From Candidatus Collierbacteria bacterium GW2011_GWB1_44_6 (GTDB taxonomy: Bacteria; Patescibacteriota; Microgenomatia; UBA1400; MFAQ01), in assembly GCA_000998025.1 (NCBI GenBank), contig LCJG01000001.1, forward strand, positions 1 to 48,344: DNA of 48,344 nucleotides. The letters run 5' to 3'. Under the pieces are notes generated by a model. The model had not been told where the DNA came from. It saw nothing but the letters and a program-made list of their open reading frames with translations, and did no database searches. The translations under genes were made by a program, and so were the position numbers. Positions 9,442 through 16,405 of the stretch are shown one piece after another (the first letter of the stretch is position 1; each line of letters begins with the position of its first letter).

Positions 9442-10716
9442 ATGGCCAAAATTCAGGGCATAAACGCAATTGACATTGGTTCCAGCAAAATCACTTGCTT
9501 GGTAACCACACCGTCGCAAGATGGAACAAAAATTAATGTCGTCGGAGTGGCCACGGTCCCTAGTAGGGGAGTTCGTAAGGGCCAGATTGTGAATATCGAA
9601 GAATGTGTGGGTGCGATTACAGATTGTGTTGAGTCCGCCGAGCGCATGGCCGGTGTCGGTGTCGATTCTGCATATGCCTCAATTTCCGGTGAACATATCC
9701 AGTCGCAAAATTCTCACGGCCTGGTTGCTATCCGAGAAGCCGATGAGGAGATTTCATCAGAAGATGTTTTTCGGGTTATCGAGGCAGCCAGAGCTGTTTC
9801 CTTGCCTAGTTCCAGAGAGATCATTCACGTTTTACCAAGTGAATTTGTTGTCGATAGCCAGAGAGGAATAAAAGACCCTACTGGCATGTCCGGCGTCCGC
9901 CTGGAAACAGAGGCCCATCTGATTACCGGTCTCACTCCAGCTATAAAAAATGTTACTCGATGCGTCAGCGAACTGGGGGTAAATGTGGCCGGCCTAGTTT
10001 TTACGGGGCTCGCTTCCGCTGAATCGGTCCTTACTGATACCGATAAGGAGCTCGGTGTTATTCTCGTAGATATCGGAGGTGGCACCTCGAGCGTTTGCAT
10101 CTATCTTGAAGGATCTTGCGTATATTCTGCTGTGATTCCGGTAGGTGCCAAAAAAATTAGTGATGATATTGCCATTGGCTTGCAGGTCAGTGTCGATAGT
10201 GCGGAAAAAATCAAGCATTTTGTCAGCAAACCAAAGCACGAAAGAGACGAAGATGACCAAAAAAATGCAGACGAAATTGATTTGGCGAAATTGGGTATCA
10301 GTGAGGATGTCAAAAAAGTTTCACGAAAAACAATCACCGAGGGTATTATTCGTCCTAGGCTAAATGAGATCTTTTCACTGGTCGGCCAAGTTATTAAACA
10401 ATCTGGTTTTGATGGTCAGACACCTGCCGGAGTCACCCTTACCGGTGGAGGCTCTCTCACAGTCAACTGCACCGAGGCATGCCGCAGAGTTCTACAACTA
10501 CCAGCAAAAATAGGAACACCTACTGGTTTGTCGGGTATGATCGAAGAAATATCTTCACCAATATCTGCCACCGCCGTTGGATTGGTACTATATGGCTACA
10601 AAAGAAAAGATGAAATACCCGCTTCAGGATTTAAACTCTCTGGTATGATAAAGGGAATTCCCGGAAAGCAAGTTACCGGAAAGATAATTGAATTTATAAA
10701 ATCCTTTTTACCATAA
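9442..10716 (+). CDS. ftsA: Cell-division protein FtsA (actin-like ATPase)
   Basis: Contains [13 protein letters not shown] (phosphate 1) and [15 protein letters not shown] (phosphate 2) motifs. Sits directly before ftsZ. Confidence 0.85.
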   Translation: MAKIQGINAIDIGSSKITCLVTTPSQDGTKINVVGVATVPSRGVRKGQIVNIEECVGAITDCVESAERMAGVGVDSAYASISGEHIQSQNSHGLVAIREADEEISSEDVFRVIEAARAVSLPSSREIIHVLPSEFVVDSQRGIKDPTGMSGVRLETEAHLITGLTPAIKNVTRCVSELGVNVAGLVFTGLASAESVLTDTDKELGVILVDIGGGTSSVCIYLEGSCVYSAVIPVGAKKISDDIAIGLQVSVDSAEKIKHFVSKPKHERDEDDQKNADEIDLAKLGISEDVKKVSRKTITEGIIRPRLNEIFSLVGQVIKQSGFDGQTPAGVTLTGGGSLTVNCTEACRRVLQLPAKIGTPTGLSGMIEEISSPISATAVGLVLYGYKRKDEIPASGFKLSGMIKGIPGKQVTGKIIEFIKSFLP

Positions 10717-10717
10717 A

Positions 10718-11902
10718 GTGGGTCTCGTAAAACCAGATACAAATACTTTTGCCAAGATAAAAGTTCTCGGCGTCGGCGGAGGCGGAAACAACGCCATTAA
10801 TTCTATGATCTCTTCGGGGAAAATAAAGGGAGTTGAGTTTGTGGCGATCAATACAGACATGCAGGCATTGATTGCTAGCAATGCTGATATCAAACTCCAA
10901 ATAGGCGAGAAGAGCACAAAAGGGCTTGGATCCGGTTCTAATCCCGAGGTGGGTGCCGCAGCTGCCGAAGAATCTCGAGAAAAAATTAAAGAAGTGCTTA
11001 TGGGAGCCGACATGGTTTTCGTCACCGCCGGAGAAGGCGGGGGGACCGGAACCGGAGCCGCTCCCGTCATCGCCGAAATAGCCAAAAAAGATGTCGGCGC
11101 TTTAACTGTAGCTGTTGTCACCAAACCATTCCTTTTTGAAGGGGCTCGTCGACGAGTCCAAGCAGAAGAAGGAATCGAGAAACTCAGAGAAAATGTTGAC
11201 ACCTTGATCGTTATTCCCAATCAAAGACTGATGGATGTTGTTAAGAAAGATCAGACCTTGCTTGACGCTTTTAAAACTGCCGATTCGGTACTAGGTCAGG
11301 GAGTCCAAAGTATTTCCGACTTAATTACCATCCCCGGTCTGGTCAATCTAGACTTCGCCGATGTTAAGTCGGTTATGTCCAACGCCGGCTCAGCTCTTAT
11401 GGGTATTGGAAAAGCCAGTGGAGATAAGAGAGCTATTATCGCCGCCAACGCTGCCATCAGTTCACCACTATTGGAAATAGGCATCGAAGGCGCCAAAGGA
11501 ATCATCTATAACATCGCCGGAAACGAAAATCTAACTCTGAATGAGATAAACGAAGCTTCTTCCATAATTACTCAATCGGCAGATCCAGACGCCAATATTA
11601 TTTTTGGTACCACCATAAGAAAAGATCTGGGAGATGAGATTCAAATTTCTGTAATAGCGGCAGGATTTGATAACATACGTCACTTTTCTCCAACACAATC
11701 CACCACTTATTTTAAGCCAGCCGGTTTAGAGCCGGTTCAGCCCTCTCCTTCCGTCATCCCGAGCGAAGGAGTTTACCCGCCTGGGCGGGAGAGATCTCAT
11801 TCCAACCTTCCCAAAACAGTCGGCAAATACAAGCTTCAACACGATGAGGTCGATATCGAAGATGACCTCGATATTCCCACCTTCCTCAGGAACAAATTTT
11901 GA
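10718..11902 (+). CDS. ftsZ: Cell-division GTPase FtsZ
   Basis: Contains [11 protein letters not shown] and the tubulin signature [17 protein letters not shown], plus the C-terminal conserved peptide [16 protein letters not shown] start at 10718, two nt downstream of the last base of the ftsA stop codon. Confidence 0.95.
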   Translation: MGLVKPDTNTFAKIKVLGVGGGGNNAINSMISSGKIKGVEFVAINTDMQALIASNADIKLQIGEKSTKGLGSGSNPEVGAAAAEESREKIKEVLMGADMVFVTAGEGGGTGTGAAPVIAEIAKKDVGALTVAVVTKPFLFEGARRRVQAEEGIEKLRENVDTLIVIPNQRLMDVVKKDQTLLDAFKTADSVLGQGVQSISDLITIPGLVNLDFADVKSVMSNAGSALMGIGKASGDKRAIIAANAAISSPLLEIGIEGAKGIIYNIAGNENLTLNEINEASSIITQSADPDANIIFGTTIRKDLGDEIQISVIAAGFDNIRHFSPTQSTTYFKPAGLEPVQPSPSVIPSEGVYPPGRERSHSNLPKTVGKYKLQHDEVDIEDDLDIPTFLRNKF

Positions 11903-11918
11903 GATAAACTATCCTATA

Positions 11919-11947
11919 TTGACTCATAGACTCGAATAATGTAAAAT
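11919..11947 (+). promoter_or_regulatory. Promoter for gene 11988..12530
   Basis: TTGACT (11919..11924), a 17-nt spacer, then TAAAAT (11942..11947). A strong RBS AAAGGAGG (11975..11982) lies before ATG 11988. Confidence 0.5.
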
Positions 11948-11987
11948 CTATAGGATTAAGTTTAGCATCTTGAAAAAGGAGGTAAGC

Positions 11988-12530
11988 ATGTTAGAACCAG
12001 AGGATTATGAGAGGATGGCCAATGCCGTCCACCTGGCTGAACAAGCCTTGGACGGAGCCGTTCAAAAAGTATCAAATAGCGGCTTCATCGTCGTATTGGG
12101 AGTGGTCGTACTCGTGGCGGCCATGGCCATTTTCGGCCTGATCACTTCATTTGCTCCCACAACGATTGCCATTCCCACGCTACCAGAAGCTCGGGCACTG
12201 CCTGAAAGGCCAGAAAATCTGCCCACTATCACCCCCACTACCATACAGGTCAAAGTTCTCCTGGTCATGGTCGATGGGGTCATTAATCCAGACTTAAACA
12301 CCTGGATAAGCTTATCGATCAAGGACGAATTTGAGATCACTGGAACTTGCGGTCTCAACGGGCTGACCTTTGAGATCCCAGAGGGTACCCACCAGGCCAC
12401 CCTGGTAAGGTATGACACCGCAAGTATTACCCGGGTGGAGATTCTACCCCCCACACCGGGCAACATGGGCACTCTAGTGGTAAAACCACTCTGTACCCTT
12501 GGAGATAAATATTATTTCGATGCTCACTAG
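11988..12530 (+). CDS. Hypothetical single-pass membrane protein with a Pro/Thr linker and beta-rich ectodomain
   Basis: ORF 11970..12530. I use ATG 11988 because AAAGGAGG sits 5 nt upstream. The TM helix is GFIVVLGVVVLVAAMAIFGLI, and the ectodomain has two Cys. The gene has its own promoter and terminator. Confidence 0.6.
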   Translation: MLEPEDYERMANAVHLAEQALDGAVQKVSNSGFIVVLGVVVLVAAMAIFGLITSFAPTTIAIPTLPEARALPERPENLPTITPTTIQVKVLLVMVDGVINPDLNTWISLSIKDEFEITGTCGLNGLTFEIPEGTHQATLVRYDTASITRVEILPPTPGNMGTLVVKPLCTLGDKYYFDAH

Positions 12531-12537
12531 TCTCTCA

Positions 12538-12563
12538 TCCCGGCCATCTGGTCGGGATTTTTG
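12538..12563 (+). terminator. Intrinsic terminator
   Basis: TCCCGGCC / ATCT / GGTCGGGA (8 bp including one G-T pair) followed by TTTTTG, 8 nt after the stop at 12530. Confidence 0.65.
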
Positions 12564-12589
12564 CGTAAAAAACCATCTCACTATAAAAG

Positions 12590-12598
12590 TGGTAAAAT
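12590..12598 (+). promoter_or_regulatory. Extended -10 promoter element (TGGTAAAAT)
   Basis: TGnTAAAAT lies 32 nt before ATG 12630. GGAGGA RBS at 12620..12625. Confidence 0.45.
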
Positions 12599-12629
12599 GT
12601 CCCAGAAAGCACCTTGATTTGGAGGAACC

Positions 12630-13085
12630 ATGAATAATATCTCGCAAAAAGGTCAGAGTCTAGCCACATACTCCGCAATTCTTCTCCTTGTAGCCATAGT
12701 TGTCGTTCTTGGGTTGTATGTATACGTTGACATTGTGGAAAGGTCAAATTTCAAAAAGGCTATTGATAGTGGATCTATTACCATAATAGCTGAAGGAGCT
12801 TCACTTCATGGCGGGGTTGTGACCCACCCTTCATCGGTTGACCCATTTGATGTGCCCAGTGTTGATGCTTCGGGAATCATTAGCTATCCCCGAGCCTGGA
12901 CTCTGAGCGGTTGCATCAGTGTTGCTGTGCCGAATGATAAGGGCACTCTTTATGCCGCAGTCCCGCTGCCACAAGAAATGGCGGACAAAATTCAAATTCA
13001 AACCCCGATCACTGGAGGGGAAATGGTAAACATCTGTGGACCAGAGTGGTTACCTACTGAAATCTATCTCTGGGTGGAGGAATAA
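12630..13085 (+). CDS. Hypothetical exported protein with a prepilin-like (class III signal peptide-like) N-terminus
   Basis: The N-terminus MNNISQKG-QSLATYSAILLLVAIVVVLGLYVYV has a short polar leader ending KG, then about 20 hydrophobic residues. The G-x4-TY spacing resembles the Flp/Tad G-x4-EY motif. A globular domain of about 115 aa with two Cys follows. Confidence 0.55.
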   Translation: MNNISQKGQSLATYSAILLLVAIVVVLGLYVYVDIVERSNFKKAIDSGSITIIAEGASLHGGVVTHPSSVDPFDVPSVDASGIISYPRAWTLSGCISVAVPNDKGTLYAAVPLPQEMADKIQIQTPITGGEMVNICGPEWLPTEIYLWVEE

Positions 13086-13282
13086 TGATCGTTGTTTGTA
13101 TCCTGTTAATGCTTGCAAGCTTAGGGTTTTTCGGGCAAGAACTTCAGGCATTTGCCCAACTATTCTCTTTAATTATTTGTATTTTGATTGTTCTACTGAT
13201 TCTCGCAGTCCTGATATATCCCCTGGTCCACTCGATTCTGGTTTTCTTTGGAGTCGCTTCGCTAGGTATCGCTCTCATTTGA
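13085..13282 (+). CDS. Small hydrophobic membrane protein (65 aa)
   Basis: TAATG junction with the previous gene (1-nt overlap). The sequence is almost entirely hydrophobic, with 2-3 predicted TM helices. Preferred over the overlapping ORF 13036..13302. Confidence 0.45.
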   Translation: MIVVCILLMLASLGFFGQELQAFAQLFSLIICILIVLLILAVLIYPLVHSILVFFGVASLGIALI

Positions 13283-13293
13283 GGGCGATTTTT
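13269..13293 (+). terminator. Intrinsic terminator
   Basis: TCGCTCTC / ATTT / GAGGGCGA followed by TTTTT, overlapping the stop codon at 13280..13282. Confidence 0.6.
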
Positions 13294-13298
13294 GCACC

Positions 13299-13326
13299 TT
13301 GACTTTCGCGTTTTATTTGGTTTAAT
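13299..13326 (+). promoter_or_regulatory. Promoter of the small-ORF/dinB unit
   Basis: TTGACT (13299..13304), a 16-nt spacer, then TTTAAT (13321..13326) preceded by TGG (an extended -10). Confidence 0.45.
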
Positions 13327-13331
13327 GAAAG

Positions 13332-13350
13332 TATTCGGTATTTATTCGGT
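13332..13350 (+). promoter_or_regulatory. Direct repeat TATTCGGT x2 (candidate operator) between promoter and first codon
   Basis: TATTCGGT occurs at 13332..13339 and 13343..13350 (11-bp register), at about the predicted transcription start. Confidence 0.3.
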
Positions 13351-13359
13351 TAAATAAAA

Positions 13360-13620
13360 ATGATTCAAAAAATATCAGCCCCCGTTTCAGTCCAGACAGT
13401 TTTCGATCATCGCAAAAGAACAGTTTCTCCCCGCCAGATTTTTTGGGACGGCCGTATCTTCCGTATTGCCCAGGTCGGTTTGCACCATACGTTCCGGGAA
13501 GGGAGAACTCTATTCCATATTTTTTCTGTAGTTTCGCAAAATCTTTCTTTCCGGCTGAGACTTGATACCGATTCATTATTTTGGACTTTGGAAGAAATCT
13601 CCGATGGGCTTGCCGATTAG
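13360..13620 (+). CDS. Small conserved-looking protein (86 aa) upstream of and co-oriented with dinB
   Basis: Intact ORF with globular, beta-rich composition (IFWDGRIFRIAQVG ... LFWTLEEISD). It shares the promoter with dinB. Preferred over the antisense 117-aa basic ORF. Confidence 0.45.
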   Translation: MIQKISAPVSVQTVFDHRKRTVSPRQIFWDGRIFRIAQVGLHHTFREGRTLFHIFSVVSQNLSFRLRLDTDSLFWTLEEISDGLAD

Positions 13621-13669
13621 ACCTGCCCGCCGGGGTGGGCTCGACTTTAACTCTTCTCCCTCTACCGTT

Positions 13670-14851
13670 ATGCACATCGACCTAAACTCTTGCTTTGCTA
13701 CTATAGAGCAGCAAGCCAATCCTCTCCTCCGGGACAAACCTATCGCTGTCGCAGCTTATACTACTCCCAACGGCTGCATTCTCGCCCCCTCCGTCCAGGC
13801 AAAAAAGCTTGGTGTCAAAGTCGGCATGCGGGTCAAAGATGGTCGTTTGCTTTGTCCCGGTTTGATTGTTCTGGACTCGGACCCGGACAAATATCGAGCT
13901 GTTCATGTTGGGTTAAAAAAAATACTTTCGGATTACACTCCCGAAGTAGTCCCTAAATCCATTGACGAATTTGTTCTTAACTTCGCCGGAACACCGGCCT
14001 TTCAGAGAGGACTCTTTGTCATCGGCCAAGAAATAAAAGACCGCATCAAAAAAGAAGTGGGAGACTACCTAACTGTTTCCGTAGGACTGGGCCCCAACCG
14101 CTTTCTCGCCAAAACAGCCAGCAACCTCCACAAGCCGGATGGGCTAGATGAAATAAATAAAAATAATTTTCTAAATATTTACAAAAATCTGGTCCTGACG
14201 GATCTTACGGGGATTGCCCGCCAAAATGCCATCCGCCTAAATGCCGCTGACATTTATACCGTTTTGGATTTTTATCATGCGGACCTTCATATTTTGCGCT
14301 CAGCCTTTCACTCTATCGCAAGTTACTATTGGTTTGTGCGTTTGCGTGGATGGGAAATAGATGATGTTGATTGGGGTGTCAAAAGTTTTGGTCATTCTTA
14401 CGCTTTGCCAAAATTCCTAACCAAGCCGGAAGAGCTTGCCCCTATTCTTTCCAAATTAGTCGAAAAATTAGGTTTCAGGATGCGGGGATCAGACTACCAG
14501 GCGAAAGGTGTTCATTTGAGCTTACTCTTCCGGGATCATCAGTACTGGCATCAGGGAATGAGTCTGGATCAGCCCTTGTTTTCCAGTCAGGATATTTACC
14601 GGGTTGCCTACAGAATTCTTTCCCACTCTCCTTACCGGCTGCCTGTCCGCAACCTAGCTGTCTCGTGTTTTAATCTTTCGAATCTAGCCTCTTTACAGCT
14701 TGGGCTATTTGAAGACCGTTTGAAGAAAGAAAATTTAGTCAAAGCCATCGACGATGTCAACGACCGCTGGGGAGACTTTATTGTTACTCCGGCCATCATG
14801 GCTAATACCGGCGGCATCATCCGTGACCGGATCAGTTTTGGAAAGATGTAG
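13670..14851 (+). CDS. dinB: Y-family DNA polymerase IV (DinB-like)
   Basis: ORF 13562..14851. The start is placed at ATG 13670, giving MHIDLNSCFATIEQ (catalytic Asp motif). The SIDEFVL motif and palm, thumb and little-finger length (393 aa) fit the family. Confidence 0.85.
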   Translation: MHIDLNSCFATIEQQANPLLRDKPIAVAAYTTPNGCILAPSVQAKKLGVKVGMRVKDGRLLCPGLIVLDSDPDKYRAVHVGLKKILSDYTPEVVPKSIDEFVLNFAGTPAFQRGLFVIGQEIKDRIKKEVGDYLTVSVGLGPNRFLAKTASNLHKPDGLDEINKNNFLNIYKNLVLTDLTGIARQNAIRLNAADIYTVLDFYHADLHILRSAFHSIASYYWFVRLRGWEIDDVDWGVKSFGHSYALPKFLTKPEELAPILSKLVEKLGFRMRGSDYQAKGVHLSLLFRDHQYWHQGMSLDQPLFSSQDIYRVAYRILSHSPYRLPVRNLAVSCFNLSNLASLQLGLFEDRLKKENLVKAIDDVNDRWGDFIVTPAIMANTGGIIRDRISFGKM

Positions 14852-15206
14852 CCTCCACCTTGGTCTTGTGGATAGTCCCATCTGGGTGGTGGGCGGGAGA
14901 ATAGATTGTATACAGCTTCAGCGGCTCAGTTGCGGAGGTATTGATAATGTTGTGATTTGTGCCTGCAGGAACAATCAATACATCGTTTGCCTTAAAGCTA
15001 ATTTCCTTGTTATTTATGATGGCCTTACCTTCTCCGGCCTCAAAACGGAAGAATTGATCGTTGTCAGGATGAACTTCCACTCCAATCTCTTCACCAGGAA
15101 CCAGGTTCATAAGTACCAGCTGAGAGTGTGGTGCCGTAAATAGCACCTTTCTGAAATTATCGTTGTTTAGTGTATCCTCTTCAATGTTTGTGTGAAATCC
15201 TACCAT
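14832..15206 (-). CDS. Cupin-domain protein
   Basis: ORF 14832..15254. The start is taken at the internal ATG 15206 (MVGFHTNIEED...). The two cupin motifs are PGEEIGVEVHPDNDQFFRFEAGEG and PAGTNHNIIN. Confidence 0.7.
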   Translation of the reverse strand: MVGFHTNIEEDTLNNDNFRKVLFTAPHSQLVLMNLVPGEEIGVEVHPDNDQFFRFEAGEGKAIINNKEISFKANDVLIVPAGTNHNIINTSATEPLKLYTIYSPAHHPDGTIHKTKVEATSFQN

Positions 15207-15311
15207 GGTTATTAGTTTACTGATAATATCCCATCTTACACCAATTACTGCCAATTTTAACCAGGCACAACTCGAGCCCAGGTTAAGGCTAGGGATTAAG
15301 GGTCATGTGAT

Positions 15312-15340
15312 TTGACATTTAGCCTATAATAGTATACAAT
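15312..15340 (+). promoter_or_regulatory. Promoter giving a (near-)leaderless transcript for 15349..16005
   Basis: TTGACA (15312..15317), a 17-nt spacer, then TACAAT (15335..15340). The ATG is at 15349, so the predicted start is about 2 nt before the start codon, and there is no SD sequence. Confidence 0.5.
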
Positions 15341-15348
15341 ACCCCACT

Positions 15349-16005
15349 ATGAAACAATACATACTCTCTCTCCTTATCGCTTTAATCGTGGGCCAGTCTC
15401 AGCTACCTGTAGCTTCAATGGTCGTCATTACCGACCCCGAAATCCTGTCCAGCAGGGAAATTGACATGGACTACCGTTATCGTGTTTCTTCTGTGAGCAA
15501 TATCTTCAAGGACAATATACTTCTCAACATTGCCTACATGGACGGCAGGGTATCTTCCGCTAAAGACATCAATTGGGAAGAAGTCAACAAACCTTTCCAT
15601 TCCGAATTTACCCTGGAACCCAACCAATCCTTTGCCTATCATGATGTTATTTTGCCCGAATACAAGGACAAGGTTGTGGTCACTACCAATGCCCGTTTTA
15701 ATAAGCAAGATGGGTTCAAGACCGATGGCTATCTCTATGGAGACGGAGTTTGTCAACTTGCCTCACTCATAAACTGGGCGGCCAGAGATGCCAAACTGGA
15801 AGTGGAGCAATTCACCAACCATGATTTTGCCACCATTCCTGAAGTCCCCAAAAAATATGGAGTCGCCATCTATTTGGATCCAGGTAATTTGGCTTCCAGC
15901 GCCAGAAAGAACTTGTATATTACGAATAATCAGGACAAGCCTGTTACCTTCCACTTTGACTATGAGGAAGGTCAGTTAAAGATCTCTGTCTCCAAAGTCA
16001 CTTAA
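15349..16005 (+). CDS. VanW-family protein (secreted)
   Basis: Signal-like N-terminus plus a VanW-type core: GDGVCQLASLINWAARDAKLEV...NHDF...GVAIY...LYITNNQDKPVTF, compared with the family pattern GGG(V/I)CQ(V/L)SS.LY.AA..AGLEI.ER..H. Confidence 0.6.
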   Translation: MKQYILSLLIALIVGQSQLPVASMVVITDPEILSSREIDMDYRYRVSSVSNIFKDNILLNIAYMDGRVSSAKDINWEEVNKPFHSEFTLEPNQSFAYHDVILPEYKDKVVVTTNARFNKQDGFKTDGYLYGDGVCQLASLINWAARDAKLEVEQFTNHDFATIPEVPKKYGVAIYLDPGNLASSARKNLYITNNQDKPVTFHFDYEEGQLKISVSKVT

Positions 16006-16015
16006 TTATGCCAAT

Positions 16016-16052
16016 AAAAAGCCACCATTCTGTAAGAAAAGGTGGCTTTTTT
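16016..16052 (+). terminator. Strong intrinsic terminator
   Basis: AAAAAGCCACC ... GGTGGCTTTTT. The GC core is GCCACC/GGTGGC at 16021..16026 and 16041..16046, followed by TTTTTT. Confidence 0.75.
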
Positions 16053-16405
16053 CTCTGCTTTACACCGACCACCAAGTACCAAAATACTTAGATATCTTAG
16101 CTTATAAGTTGGATGGATTCTTACAATCCATTGTTTTTATGGCAGCCAATACACGTACCTCAGAGAAGGACAGGATCCCTAGGCTGTATTGCTCATTTTT
16201 TGAAGAGCGGTGTACCAGTAAAAGTTAAAGAGCTCGTAATTTTGTAACTTACTCCTACACTTATACATGTGGGATTAATTACACTTTAGAACTTATTTAC
16301 ATAGTTGTCAACACCTTATCGGCTCTTGGTAATCCCTTAATTACCATTTAAATTACACGGTATAATAATCTAAAGGTGTTTGGGTTCGGTAAGTAACCTA
16401 TTTAT

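Noticed and set aside
10708-11220. A 170-aa minus-strand ORF inside ftsZ.
   Set aside because: It is the antisense shadow of the Gly/Ala-rich FtsZ core, where GGN/GCN codons read as Pro/Ala/Ser on the other strand. ftsZ is unambiguous.
12062-12472. A 136-aa minus-strand ORF opposite gene 11988..12530.
   Set aside because: The plus-strand gene has a consensus promoter, an AAAGGAGG RBS and its own terminator. The minus ORF has none of these and is Pro/Gly/Val-rich like an antisense artefact.
13322-13675. A 117-aa minus-strand ORF overlapping the small ORF and the dinB start.
   Set aside because: It is highly basic and low-complexity, and it would span the plus-strand promoter and the dinB start codon. 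The co-oriented plus-strand ORF is the more economical reading, though neither is proven.
14754-15143. A 129-aa plus-strand ORF opposite the cupin gene.
   Set aside because: The minus-strand product carries both cupin motifs. The plus ORF has no features and would extend dinB-region transcription through a convergent gene.
16201-16220. T-box-like string (GAAGAGCGGTGTACCAG) in the ileS upstream region, suggesting a T-box riboswitch.
   Set aside because: It matches the conserved T-box sequence AAnnnGGGTGGTACCGCG only partly. The essential UGGN that pairs with the tRNA 3' end is missing. I could not find a stem I or specifier loop with an Ile codon. The terminator-like hairpins also lie upstream of the string, not downstream.
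16113-16247. A 44-codon ORF (MDSYNPLFLWQPIHVPQRRTGSLGCIAHFLKSGVPVKVKELVIL) in the ileS upstream spacer.
   Set aside because: It has no RBS or promoter in a sensible position. It runs straight through two hairpin structures and has no recognisable features. It is more likely non-coding.
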